Positions 1-8,806 of a stretch of 64,000 nt of DNA are shown here, in pieces. Position numbers and translations under genes: made by a program. The notes beneath the pieces were generated by a model that saw only the letters and a list, made by a program, of their open reading frames with translations, did not search any database and was not told the DNA's origin. The stretch comes from a virus. Position 1 is the first letter of the stretch, and each line of letters starts with the position of its first letter. Where the stretch lies: IMG/VR virus record IMGVR_UViG_3300023176_005537, positions 32,001 to 96,000 of that record; one strand, written 5' to 3'.

Positions 1-99
1 GAGGAGTGGTATCACCACTTCGACAAATGGTGCGATGAGGAGTTTGGACAGTGCTATGATGGCGCACTATTCGAGTACGACAAGGAGTTGGGAGCATGA
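1..99 (+). CDS. 3' end of a hypothetical protein truncated by the window edge
   Basis: Open frame EEWYHHFDKW...ELGA* whose TGA overlaps the ATG of the next gene (ATGA coupling). Confidence 0.55.
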   Translation, partial: EEWYHHFDKWCDEEFGQCYDGALFEYDKELGA

Positions 100-332
100 A
101 AAAGCTGAACGCATTTCTCGAAGAATGGGGCGATCTCGTCTTTGAATACGGGATCAAATACAGTGACGACGACTTTCCGTTGGATGATCGCTTTGAGCCA
201 ATGGCGCGAGCGATCGAAAGACAAGGCGTGTGGTGGCACATGCCCAAAGGCATTCAAAACTATGTGGTCATGTCCGACAGGGCAATGATGATCATGGAAA
301 AAGCCTTTCAAAATCTGGCACTTACAGAATAA
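96..332 (+). CDS. hypothetical phage protein
   Basis: 78-aa ORF, GGAG upstream, translationally coupled. Confidence 0.7.
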   Translation: MKKLNAFLEEWGDLVFEYGIKYSDDDFPLDDRFEPMARAIERQGVWWHMPKGIQNYVVMSDRAMMIMEKAFQNLALTE

Positions 333-345
333 TCGAAAAAAGATC

Positions 346-375
346 TTGACTGATCTCACCAGATCGTGCAATAAT
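346..375 (+). promoter_or_regulatory. class I sigma70-type early promoter (TTGACT-N18-AATAAT, TG extension)
   Basis: ttgact gatctcaccagatcgtgc aataat; near-identical copy at 2942. Confidence 0.7.
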
Positions 376-413
376 GATTGTCGTTGGTGAGAACAAACAC
401 AGAGGAGGCTGAT

Positions 414-1325
414 ATGCCGCACATGACTTGGAAGTCGGAATTGGAAAAAAGAGTCGCAATCATCGAGGAGTTTCTCCGTTTTCACAATGAAAACAAGGAG
501 TTCAACAAAGAGGCTTCGTATGGGCTACACAGGTTCCTCAAAGAAGAGGAGACTGTCTCGGTTCTTCGCGATCTGGCGGCTATCGCACCAGCAGATCACA
601 GGATCAATGTTGCGACATACTCGGAGGACGTGTGTCCACCCCTGCACAAACGCTACATGGAGATCGGATATACAATGCGCAACGCTATTGATCAGACTTC
701 AGGGAACCTTCAGGATTATCTGGAAGACTACAAGAAGCTGATCGCGTCGGAGGTGACATTCAGAGACAAAACACATTCTGAAGAAATGCTCGCCCTCTGG
801 GAGCTTTTCAAAAGATCAGCCCGTGAAGGTTCCCTGAAGCCCGGAGGTGATCAATTCAAGAACATGGGGGCGGAACCAACAAAGCAGCAGCATGATGAGC
901 TTTTCTACTACGATGGCGACAAGGTATGCCTCAAGTACAACAGTTGGGCTAACGACCAGTTTAAAACGAAGTACCAGTGGATGAGGTGTCTTTCAAAGCC
1001 AAAATACAATCAGGGTCAGACCGTTTATTTCAAGACCAACGCCCCTGTTCGCAAGGGTCGCGGCTACTGGTACAGCAGCATTACTGACGTAGAAAAAGCC
1101 GAGAGAAAGCTGGCAGAAGAGAAGGCGGCTGGTACGCTGACAAACAAACCTGCCCTTGTTATCGAGGTTCCGGAGATTGTTCCGGAGGGTGATTACCAAG
1201 GCAACCGTCTTTACAAGGTGATGCTTCCGGGGTATCCTGCTCCTGTTTGCCTCCCAGAGCGGTGCTTCAAGAAGTCTATTTCTACCAGAGGTAGGAAGAA
1301 AAACAAAAGCAATCTTCCTGCATAA
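414..1325 (+). CDS. hypothetical early protein, paralog family A with C-terminal SH3/KOW-like domain
   Basis: Start moved to the ATG after GAGGAGG; C-terminal KPKY...LVIEV...PERCFKK shared with the next two genes. Confidence 0.8.
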   Translation: MPHMTWKSELEKRVAIIEEFLRFHNENKEFNKEASYGLHRFLKEEETVSVLRDLAAIAPADHRINVATYSEDVCPPLHKRYMEIGYTMRNAIDQTSGNLQDYLEDYKKLIASEVTFRDKTHSEEMLALWELFKRSAREGSLKPGGDQFKNMGAEPTKQQHDELFYYDGDKVCLKYNSWANDQFKTKYQWMRCLSKPKYNQGQTVYFKTNAPVRKGRGYWYSSITDVEKAERKLAEEKAAGTLTNKPALVIEVPEIVPEGDYQGNRLYKVMLPGYPAPVCLPERCFKKSISTRGRKKNKSNLPA

Positions 1326-1472
1326 AAAAAGATTCACCAGCAAGATCAAGGGGTTGGAAACCAGAGTGCGTCAACCCCCTGATTTTGTTGAAGATCTTTT
1401 TCCTTGATCGATCCTACCAGATCGGCTATAATGGTCGTCGTTGGTGAGAACACAAATGACAAGGAGAAAAGA
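1323..1472 (+). repeat. intergenic promoter module: inverted IHF-like boxes, TTGATC-N17-TATAAT, leader GTCGTTGGTGAGAACA, RBS
   Basis: About 150 bp nearly identical to 2135-2281; related modules at about 6125-6262 and 7381-7493. Confidence 0.85.
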
Positions 1473-2138
1473 ATGTTCAGCGCAGAATACTGTAAAGCGT
1501 CGGAACGAGATCTACGAAGACTCATTGAGTCAGAGGAGGCTTTCAAAAATAAAACACACTGGGATCAAATAATCCCCCTGTGGGATCTTTTCCGTAGATC
1601 CGCACGGGAGGGTTCGATCGTACCCAGAGGCGGCTTTGCAGCCCCCAACCTCTTCGAGAACATGGGGGCGGAGCCAACAAAAGAGCAGTATGATAGGCTT
1701 TTTTACTGTGATGGAGGGCGGCTTTTCCTCCAGTATAACTCCTGCGTCACCGACTCATTCACCGACAGGTACGGGTGGATGAAGCAGCTTTCAAAGCCAA
1801 AATACAAACAGGGGCAGACGATCTACTTCAAGGCAAACGCCCCTGTTCGCAAGGGTAAGCGCGGTATCCTCCAGAAGTTGTCGCGCTGGGGCAACTTCAA
1901 CGAAGTAGAGAAAGCCGAGGAGAAGCTAGCCAAAGAGAAGGAGGCTGGCACGTTGGCAAACAAGCCCGCCCTTGTCATCGAGGTTCCGGAGATCGTCCCG
2001 GAGGGCGACTATAAAGGGAACCGTCTCTATAAGCTTGAGATTTCGGGGTATCCTGCTCCGGTGATCCTTCCAGAGAGGTGCTTCAAGAAGTCTAACACGG
2101 TCAGACGTAGGAAGAAGAAAAGCAACAAACCTTCATAA
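1473..2138 (+). CDS. hypothetical early protein, paralog family A
   Basis: Start after AAGGAG; strongly similar to the 3' two-thirds of 414-1325 at DNA and protein level. Confidence 0.8.
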   Translation: MFSAEYCKASERDLRRLIESEEAFKNKTHWDQIIPLWDLFRRSAREGSIVPRGGFAAPNLFENMGAEPTKEQYDRLFYCDGGRLFLQYNSCVTDSFTDRYGWMKQLSKPKYKQGQTIYFKANAPVRKGKRGILQKLSRWGNFNEVEKAEEKLAKEKEAGTLANKPALVIEVPEIVPEGDYKGNRLYKLEISGYPAPVILPERCFKKSNTVRRRKKKSNKPS

Positions 2139-2281
2139 AAAAGATTCATCAGCAAGATCAAGGAGTTGGAAACCAGAGTGCGTCAACGCTTTGATTTTGT
2201 TGAAGATCTTTTTTGTTGACCGATCCTGCCAGATCGGCTATAATGGTCGTCGTTGGTGAGAACACAAACGAGGAGGATGCG
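2135..2281 (+). repeat. second copy of the intergenic promoter module (TTGACC-N17-TATAAT)
   Basis: Direct repeat of 1323-1472. Confidence 0.85.
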
Positions 2282-2908
2282 ATGAGCGTCAAAAAGAAGA
2301 TCAAAGAGATGAAGGATCGCGGTGGCTACAAGGCTCTCACAGAGTGGGAGCAGCGGTTCTGTGATTCTGTTCTTTCCTCCAAGTATGACTCCCTGACCTA
2401 TCGACAGGAGCCGTACTTTGAGAGGATCATGAAGAAAACCTCCCCAGAGCGTATGAATGGCCTCGCCCTCTGGCAGAGGAGCGGCGGCTACACTGAAGAA
2501 AGAAAGGCGATCGCAAAGATCGTCGCCCCTTATTACCTGCGAGGCAAGAAGTATTTCTATGACCTCGCCAAGCAAGCCCTCGAAGGGAAAGAGCTTTCCT
2601 TTGGTCAATACAAGGCTATGTGCGAGAACAAGTACGCACGAGCCATTGTAGAGGCTCACAGAGCCAAGCCAAAATACAAAGAAGGCGATCAAGTCTTCGT
2701 CACCACCAACATAAAGGGGGATTCCTCTACACAGAAGAGGGAATACTTCAGCAAAATCAGAGGTTTGCGAGGAACGCCTCTTTTTATTCTCGAAGTCAAC
2801 GCGGAGACACCCCTATCCCCCGCGAAGGGCGCGAAACAATACCGCGTTCTTCCGATCGGAGGGGAGCCAGTTTTGATTGAGGAGCGAAACCTCAAAAAGC
2901 GGAAGTAA
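2282..2908 (+). CDS. hypothetical early protein, diverged family A member
   Basis: GAGGAGG RBS; C-terminal KPKYKEGDQV...YRVLP...EERNLKK. Confidence 0.8.
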   Translation: MSVKKKIKEMKDRGGYKALTEWEQRFCDSVLSSKYDSLTYRQEPYFERIMKKTSPERMNGLALWQRSGGYTEERKAIAKIVAPYYLRGKKYFYDLAKQALEGKELSFGQYKAMCENKYARAIVEAHRAKPKYKEGDQVFVTTNIKGDSSTQKREYFSKIRGLRGTPLFILEVNAETPLSPAKGAKQYRVLPIGGEPVLIEERNLKKRK

Positions 2909-2941
2909 ACCAAGAACTTACAAAATAGTTGAAAAAAGTTC

Positions 2942-2971
2942 TTGACTGATCCTGTCAGATCGTGCAATAAT
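2942..2971 (+). promoter_or_regulatory. class I early promoter
   Basis: ttgact gatcctgtcagatcgtgc aataat. Confidence 0.7.
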
Positions 2972-3042
2972 GTTTGCACATCGTCGGGAGTGAGATTGTC
3001 TCCTCCCATTTTTTTCAAGCCATTCTTTCTAGGAGAAACATC

Positions 3043-4092
3043 ATGGCTATTGATTTCAAAACCTTCAATTCCGTCGTCCCCCATGTTGTCGCAGACCTCA
3101 AACCCGTCCTGATCCGTGGTAGACACGGGGTCGGAAAGTCCGAGACCGTCTATCAGATCGCAGAAAAGATCGGCCTGCCCGTGGTGGAGCGTCGTGCTTC
3201 TCAAATGACCGAGGGCGATCTGATCGGATTGCCCGTCGTGGACGGAGAAGCTACAAGCTGGAACCCTCCCGACTGGTTCAAGACCGCTTGCAGCGAGCCT
3301 GTGGTCTTGTTTCTTGACGAGATTGATCGAGCCACCCTCGAAGTCCGTCAAGGGATCTTCGAGCTTACCGATAGCCGCAAGCTCAACGGTCACGCTCTCC
3401 ACGAGCAGACCGTGATCTTCGGTGCTATCAACGGTGGGGAGCATGGCTCCCAATACCAAGTCGGCGAGTTTGACCCTGCCGAATTGGATCGCTGGACGGT
3501 CTTCGATGTTGAGCCAAGCGTCGAGGACTGGCTCACTTGGGCAGCGGATCACGTTGACCAGAAGATCTGGGACTTCGTGAACCAGAACCGCCAACACCTC
3601 GAACACAAGGAAGACTTTGAGCCAAACAAAGTGTACCCTTCCCGACGTTCGTGGAAGCGGCTGTCCGATTGTCTCGTCAAAGGCGACCTCTTGAACGAGG
3701 CCTCGCCTGTTCTGTTCCAGTTGTCCGTAGCCTACGTCGGCTTCGAGGCTGGCGTGGCTCTCAACGACTTCATCGACCAGTACAAGAGCGTCGTTACCAT
3801 CGAGCAACTGCTCGACAAGGGCGATGTGAAGGCAACCAAAGACTTCAGCATCAACGACCACTGCGCGATGATCGAGAAGATCGACGCTGCAAAGGTGTTT
3901 GACTCCATCCTTCCTGCGGGAAGAATGAAGAACCTCGCCAAGTACTTTGTGACGCTTCCCTCCGAGGTGGCGGTCAAACTGTGGGCTCAGATGGGCTCCT
4001 CCGGTCGTCCGGTGGAGAACAGCACCGCGTTCCACAAAGAGCCGGGTGTGTCCGAGGCTTTCGTCAAAATGTACGCTTCTCAAAACAAATAA
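3043..4092 (+). CDS. MoxR-family AAA+ ATPase
   Basis: Walker A GRHGVGKS, Walker B LFLDEIDR, DPAELDRW, PSRRSW; AGGAG RBS. Confidence 0.92.
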   Translation: MAIDFKTFNSVVPHVVADLKPVLIRGRHGVGKSETVYQIAEKIGLPVVERRASQMTEGDLIGLPVVDGEATSWNPPDWFKTACSEPVVLFLDEIDRATLEVRQGIFELTDSRKLNGHALHEQTVIFGAINGGEHGSQYQVGEFDPAELDRWTVFDVEPSVEDWLTWAADHVDQKIWDFVNQNRQHLEHKEDFEPNKVYPSRRSWKRLSDCLVKGDLLNEASPVLFQLSVAYVGFEAGVALNDFIDQYKSVVTIEQLLDKGDVKATKDFSINDHCAMIEKIDAAKVFDSILPAGRMKNLAKYFVTLPSEVAVKLWAQMGSSGRPVENSTAFHKEPGVSEAFVKMYASQNK

Positions 4093-4104
4093 TCCTTTTT
4101 CCGC

Positions 4105-4134
4105 TTGACAAACGATCGGGGTTTTTGCTATAAT
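4105..4134 (+). promoter_or_regulatory. consensus sigma70 promoter TTGACA-N18-TATAAT
   Basis: ttgaca aacgatcggggtttttgc tataat. Confidence 0.8.
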
Positions 4135-4177
4135 GTGTGGACATTGGCAAAACCCCTTTCGTTTTTGGAGGATCGCT

Positions 4178-5341
4178 ATGTTCGATCTAAATGATCACAC
4201 CGCCCGTGTTCTCGTGGGTGAACCGTTCTTTGCTGCCCTGTCCCGCAGGGTGGAGAAGAGGATCAACAAGGACATCCCGACCGCTGGCGTTCGCGTCAAC
4301 GAGCGCGGGTTCTACGAGATGGTCTACAATCCGGATTTCTTCGAGACTCTCACAGACCGAGAGATCGGTGGTGTCCTCAAGCACGAGTTTTACCACCTGA
4401 TCTTCCGGCATTGCGAAGAGCGTCTCCCCGAAGGGGGCATGTCGAAGATTTGGAACATTGCCACCGATCTGGCTATCAACAGCCACCTGATCGGTGAACT
4501 GCCGGAGAATGGCTGCATTCCGGGTCAGGGGCATTTCAAGGACTATCCTGTCGGCCTCTCTTCCGAGCAGTATCTCAAAATGCTGCAAGATGATCCACGC
4601 TCCCAGTCCAGTGGTGGCGGGGAAGATGGAGAAGAAGGAGACGGTCTTCCCGATAACATGGACGATCACTCCGGCTGGGGTGGTGACAAGGACAGCGAAG
4701 ACAAAAAGGAGCAAGCCAAGCAGAGGCTCAAGGAAGCCCTCAAAGGGGCTGCTGAGGAGGCTGCGAAGCGTGACTGGGGGTCTGTGTCCAATTCCGTGCG
4801 AGAGACCGTTATGGAGGCTCTCAAGAGCCGTCTGGACTGGCGCAAGGTTCTGCGTTACTTCGTAAAGTGTTCACAGAACGCTCACAAGAAAAGCACGATC
4901 AAAAGGATCAACAAGCGGTTTCCCTACATCCACGCCGGACGTAGAGCAGACCGCGTTGCCAACGTCGCGATCTCGATTGATCAGTCCGGATCGGTGTCTG
5001 AAGAGATGCTAGCCGCGTTCTACGCGGAGTTGGACAAGCTGTCCACACTGGCAACGTTCACTGTGATCCCCTTCGACACGAGGGTAGAAGAGGAGCATGT
5101 CTTCATCTGGAAGAAGGGAATGACCCACAAGAAGGAGCGTTACCTTCACGGTGGGACTTGTTTCGACGCTCCCACCGCGTTTGTGAACGATCGTGACTTC
5201 GACGGTCACATCATCCTGACGGACATGGAGGCTCCTAAGCCTCGGCGTTCAAAGTGTCAGAGAATGTGGCTCACAACCCAAGACTGCAAAGACAGAGTGT
5301 ACTGGTCAACCCACGAGAGAATCGTCGCTATCGACGATTGA
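4178..5341 (+). CDS. zincin metallopeptidase-vWA fusion (DUF2201-like), MoxR partner
   Basis: HEFYH, WNIATDLAIN, DDHSGW, MIDAS DQSGS, GGT, ILTD. Confidence 0.9.
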   Translation: MFDLNDHTARVLVGEPFFAALSRRVEKRINKDIPTAGVRVNERGFYEMVYNPDFFETLTDREIGGVLKHEFYHLIFRHCEERLPEGGMSKIWNIATDLAINSHLIGELPENGCIPGQGHFKDYPVGLSSEQYLKMLQDDPRSQSSGGGEDGEEGDGLPDNMDDHSGWGGDKDSEDKKEQAKQRLKEALKGAAEEAAKRDWGSVSNSVRETVMEALKSRLDWRKVLRYFVKCSQNAHKKSTIKRINKRFPYIHAGRRADRVANVAISIDQSGSVSEEMLAAFYAELDKLSTLATFTVIPFDTRVEEEHVFIWKKGMTHKKERYLHGGTCFDAPTAFVNDRDFDGHIILTDMEAPKPRRSKCQRMWLTTQDCKDRVYWSTHERIVAIDD

Positions 5342-5355
5342 GAGGAAAGAAAAGA

Positions 5356-5787
5356 ATGTATCAACCCCATGCCTTCGACGAGAGAGTAGCAGAAGGTTTC
5401 GCAAACTACGAGAAAGAGGAGAAGACAATGACAGACGTATCCATTTCAAGCGGCGCATTCCGCGCTTACATGGAGCAGAATTATTTAAACCAGTTGGACA
5501 AGGAAGCTCTGTTGGAGATGCTGGTGGAGGTTCTTCCCCTCGAAGACCTCGTGCTTCTAGCAAGAGAAGTGTGGGATCTTCCCTTCGCGATGAAGCCAGA
5601 TGGCTCCGTTGCCATCGAGGATGTGGAGCAGTTGCTAGTCCCAGACTACAACGATCCTCTCGACGACGACGAGGATTGTGGCTGTGATGAATGGCAAGAG
5701 GACGAGGAATACCTCGAATACACGGGGATGGGAGAAGACCTCGAAACCTCTTACCGCGAGGACTTCGAAAGGTTGGTCGGACAATGA
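5356..5787 (+). CDS. acidic hypothetical protein
   Basis: Start moved to ATG after GAGG (5428 is an alternative); D/E-rich tail. Confidence 0.65.
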   Translation: MYQPHAFDERVAEGFANYEKEEKTMTDVSISSGAFRAYMEQNYLNQLDKEALLEMLVEVLPLEDLVLLAREVWDLPFAMKPDGSVAIEDVEQLLVPDYNDPLDDDEDCGCDEWQEDEEYLEYTGMGEDLETSYREDFERLVGQ

Positions 5788-6017
5788 GAGAGTTGATACA
5801 GGAGACATATCAAAAATACCGTGATATTTCACAGTGTTCCCCCCAAATGTTTGTGACAGCCACTTGGACTGATCTTCTCGCTCTTGCCGAGGGTGACAGG
5901 CTTGAAGAGCTTTTGGAGGAAGGGTTGATCCCCAACCTCCCACCAGAGGCTTGGCAGGGGATTGTGGAAGACCTAAAGCCCCACTACGAGCTAGCTTTGT
6001 GGAAGGTATCGCCATGA
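5784..6017 (+). CDS. hypothetical protein
   Basis: ATGA-coupled to the upstream stop. Confidence 0.65.
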   Translation: MRELIQETYQKYRDISQCSPQMFVTATWTDLLALAEGDRLEELLEEGLIPNLPPEAWQGIVEDLKPHYELALWKVSP

Positions 6018-6109
6018 GAGACAGGGAATGGTGGGGGGATTTCCTTTTACTTATCGGGATGTTGCTGGCCTTTCTCTGGGTCAATTCCCTTTTCTTTTTG
6101 TCCAGATAA
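6014..6109 (+). CDS. 31-aa single-TM peptide
   Basis: MRDREWWGDFLLLIGMLLAFLWVNSLFFLSR*, ATGA-coupled; below the ORF-track cutoff. Confidence 0.5.
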   Translation: MRDREWWGDFLLLIGMLLAFLWVNSLFFLSR

Positions 6110-6124
6110 AATATTTTCTTCAAT

Positions 6125-6240
6125 GAGATCAGGGGGTTGAGAGAGCATCGGCCTCAACTCCTTGGTTTCATTGAGGATCTTTTTTGTTGATCGATCCTGA
6201 TCTTTTTGCTATAATAGAGGACACAAGGGCAATGAAGCCC
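6125..6240 (+). promoter_or_regulatory. class I promoter module (inverted IHF-like boxes, TTGATC-N17-TATAAT) plus GGGC-N6-GCCC hairpin
   Basis: ttgatc gatcctgatctttttgc tataat; gggcaatgaagccc. Confidence 0.75.
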
Positions 6241-6262
6241 CCAAGAAGGTGGAGACAACGCC

Positions 6263-7141
6263 ATGTCTAGCAAGATCACAAACATCATCATCGAGGACAT
6301 CATCAACCTGATCGAAGAAAGCAAGGAGTTGCCGTGGGAAAAGCCGTGGAACGCGGCAGCATCCAGCCCGCAGAACATGGTATGGCAGAAGCCGTACCGT
6401 GGGATCAACCGCTTCATGTGTTCGCTCACGGCGACCGTGCGAGGCTACAACAGCCCCTTCTGGCTCACCTTTGGGCAGGTCAAGAAGGCCGGAGGCAAGA
6501 TCAAGAAAGGAGAAAAGGCGACAAAGATCGTCAAATGGGGGGCGATCGAGATCAAAGACAAGCAGACGGGAGAGGTGAAAGATAAAATCTGGAAGCCTTT
6601 CAAGTACTTCAAGATCTTCAACGTCGATCAGTGCGAGGGGATCGAGGTTCCAGAACAGGAGATCGAAACCCTCGAATGGAAGCCGCTTGAGCGGTGCGAC
6701 ATGATCATCGAAGGATACGCAGACATCCCCAGCATCGGGGAAGGAGGAGACAGGGCATGCTACATTCCAGCGATGGATGTGATCAAAATGCCCAACAAAA
6801 CGACGTTCAAGAGCGTGGAAGGGTTCTATGCGACCCTGTTCCACGAGCTTGCACACTCAACTGGTGCGAAGCAAAGACTCAACAGGGTCGGCGTGACCGA
6901 TCCGATCCAGTTTGGATCGCACCAATACAGCAAAGAGGAGTTGATCGCGGAGTTTTGCTCCGCCCTGCTTTGCGCTCACGCAGGAATCGAACGCGAAACC
7001 CGAAAGAACTCGGCTGCTTACGTCAAAGGATGGTGTAAGTATCTGAGAGAAAAAGGGAAAGAGATCTTCTCTGCTGCTTCACAGGCAGAGAAGGCTTTTG
7101 ATTACATTGTTTCTCAACAAAAACAGGAGGTTACAGAATGA
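6263..7141 (+). CDS. ardC: ArdC-like antirestriction ssDNA-binding protein with zincin domain
   Basis: PWEKPW, YRGIN, WLTFGQ, FNVDQ, HELAHSTG, YSKEELIAE, SAAYVKGW. Confidence 0.92.
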   Translation: MSSKITNIIIEDIINLIEESKELPWEKPWNAAASSPQNMVWQKPYRGINRFMCSLTATVRGYNSPFWLTFGQVKKAGGKIKKGEKATKIVKWGAIEIKDKQTGEVKDKIWKPFKYFKIFNVDQCEGIEVPEQEIETLEWKPLERCDMIIEGYADIPSIGEGGDRACYIPAMDVIKMPNKTTFKSVEGFYATLFHELAHSTGAKQRLNRVGVTDPIQFGSHQYSKEELIAEFCSALLCAHAGIERETRKNSAAYVKGWCKYLREKGKEIFSAASQAEKAFDYIVSQQKQEVTE

Positions 7142-7365
7142 GAAAAGCAATTTTGATTATGGTGGTCTTCATGACCCTCGTGTCCATCGGATGCACAGCA
7201 AGCAAAGGAGGCGAAACCGTCGCTGGTGACGCAGCCAGTGAAAAGGTGGCGGAGCCACGAGAAGAGAAAAAAGAAGAAAAACAGGAGGTTGACGGAGGTG
7301 TAGCCGAAGGAGACACAAAAGAAGGAGGCGTTGTGCTTCCCGGAGGCGGCACAAACAAAGACTGA
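7138..7365 (+). CDS. small lipoprotein
   Basis: MRK + hydrophobic stretch + VSIGC lipobox, low-complexity acidic body. Confidence 0.7.
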   Translation: MRKAILIMVVFMTLVSIGCTASKGGETVAGDAASEKVAEPREEKKEEKQEVDGGVAEGDTKEGGVVLPGGGTNKD

Positions 7366-7380
7366 AAGTTTTTTCCTTAG

Positions 7381-7471
7381 CAAGATCAGGGGGTTGAGTC
7401 AACCAAAGGCTCATCCCCTTGATTTTGTTCAGGATCTTTTATTTGATCGATCCTGATCTTTTTGCTATAAT
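7381..7471 (+). promoter_or_regulatory. class I promoter module
   Basis: Inverted GATCAGGGGGTTG/CATCCCCTTGATT, then a core promoter identical to that at 6187. Confidence 0.75.
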
Positions 7472-7493
7472 AGGTGCAGAAAGGAGGGAGAGC

Positions 7494-7694
7494 ATGAAAA
7501 GACCAACTGAAGGAGATTGGGTTCACTGTAATTTCCGAGACGAGGAGGGGATCGTTGTTCGCGACTTCTCGCAGACTGAGGGTTGTGGTCATTGGTTGCT
7601 CGTCCTTTTTGTGGGAAGAACCACCCCTGCAAGAACCCTCGGATTCAACCTGCTCGTCCTCGAAAGAGCCGAGGATAACAATGACAAAAATTAA
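7494..7694 (+). CDS. small SH3/KOW-like hypothetical protein
   Basis: AGGAGG RBS; EGDWV...GIVV pattern. Confidence 0.6.
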   Translation: MKRPTEGDWVHCNFRDEEGIVVRDFSQTEGCGHWLLVLFVGRTTPARTLGFNLLVLERAEDNNDKN

Positions 7695-7935
7695 AAAAGG
7701 AGATTGGGTCAGGTATAGCAGCCCTCTCATCAGGTTTAGTTTCCAGTTCATGAAAGAGACTCCGCTGTTTTCTCCAACAGACTACAAGGATGCCGAGAAG
7801 CGACTGCATGGGTTCGTGGTCGGTGAGGAGGGTGATCAATTGCTTGTCCTTCACGCTGGGCAGGACAGCCCCGTCCTGCGTGACAGGCGAGACCTCAAAA
7901 AGATCGAGGATAACAAAACAAACCTTTGTCTTTGA
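7681..7935 (+). CDS. small SH3/KOW-like hypothetical protein
   Basis: GAGG RBS; KKGDWV...GFVV...DLKKI pattern. Confidence 0.6.
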   Translation: MTKIKKGDWVRYSSPLIRFSFQFMKETPLFSPTDYKDAEKRLHGFVVGEEGDQLLVLHAGQDSPVLRDRRDLKKIEDNKTNLCL

Positions 7936-8145
7936 TTTAAAAGGAGGAATCACCTTCGAGTGAGAAATCACCTGCGGGGGCAAGAAATCACCTGTGGGTG
8001 GGCAGGAGAAACCACCTAACACCCCCACAGATACGAGAGGAGAAATCACCTGCGCCTTGCCAGAAATCACCTACGGGGGCGCGTGTTTGGAAATCATTGA
8101 AAAGTGTGGGGCTCTTAACCCCAGTAATGGCGCGGGTTTGCGGGG

Positions 8146-8177
8146 TTTTCCACAGGTTTTTCCACAGGAAATCCACA
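8146..8177 (+). promoter_or_regulatory. three tandem DnaA-box-like 9-mers
   Basis: TTTTCCACA 8146-8154 and 8158-8166 match TTWTNCACA; AAATCCACA 8169-8177 is degenerate. Confidence 0.5.
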
Positions 8178-8271
8178 GGTAATGACAAGTTCGCAAATCC
8201 CCACCAATAGGGGATTAGAGACCTGCTGGAGAAATCACCTGTACCTGTGGGAAATCACACAGGAAATCACC

Positions 8272-8305
8272 TGTGTCACGATATGACACATATGCATGGT
8301 ATAAT
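8272..8305 (+). promoter_or_regulatory. class II promoter (palindrome-N9-TATAAT)
   Basis: TGTGTCA cgata TGACACA N9 TATAAT. Confidence 0.6.
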
Positions 8306-8360
8306 AAAAGGACGAGGCAGAGGAGAAATCACCCACACACGAGAAAACAGCGTTTTTCGC

Positions 8361-8668
8361 AAACACCGAGAAATAGGGGGGTTTGATTAGCACCCCCCCT
8401 AAAGGAGACTCGAAAATGTCCAAAGAAATCAAGCAAGTACAGGCACAGATTGGCGGCACACGCCCACAGGAAATCACCCCTGCACGAGCGCAAACCCCGC
8501 CCCTGTGGGCGGCAGCGATTGTCCTGCACCCGCAACGCAGGCAAACCGCGCTTGACTGGACACGGGTCATGGCGCACCCACGAGGGAACACGCCAGATCC
8601 CCAATTCCCGCAAACCCCGAGAAACACGGGGGTTTGATTTACCCCCCTCCTAAAGGCCACTCGATTTC
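8361..8668 (+). repeat. imperfect direct repeat of about 55 bp (8361-8415 and 8612-8668), each with a G-tract/C-tract hairpin
   Basis: aaac.ccgagaaa...gggggtttgatt...cccccc..ctaaagg..actcga occurs twice. Confidence 0.7.
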
Positions 8669-8717
8669 ATTTTGAGATCAAGGGGTTGGAGATCCCTGGA
8701 ATCCTTTTCTAGAAACG

Positions 8718-8806
8718 TGTGTCACGATCTGACACAGATCGATCGTATAATAGAGGGCGAGGGCAAGAAAGCCCCAGAAACCACACACCGATCAAAGGAG
8801 ATCGCC
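8718..8806 (+). promoter_or_regulatory. class II promoter cassette leader
   Basis: TGTGTCA CGATC TGACACA N9 TATAAT; GGGCaagaaaGCCC; CGATC AAAGGA GATCG RBS. Confidence 0.8.

Larger units (their letters stand above)
7945..8480 (+). repeat. array of GAAATCAC(CTG) direct repeats, iteron-like
   Basis: Exact GAAATCAC at 7964, 7984, 8042, 8063, 8231, 8251, 8263, 8325, 8470; variants at 7947 and 8008. Confidence 0.85.

Noticed and set aside
990-2138. Paralog similarity as a DGR template/variable repeat pair
   Set aside because: Both copies are coding, the differences are not confined to adenines, and no reverse transcriptase is present
2689-4083. 464-aa minus-strand ORF
   Set aside because: Antisense shadow of the MoxR gene in GC-rich sequence; no motifs, RBS or promoter
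7988-8660. Several overlapping short ORFs in the repeat island
   Set aside because: Products merely translate the DNA repeats on both strands; only 8416-8637 has an RBS and it remains unsupported
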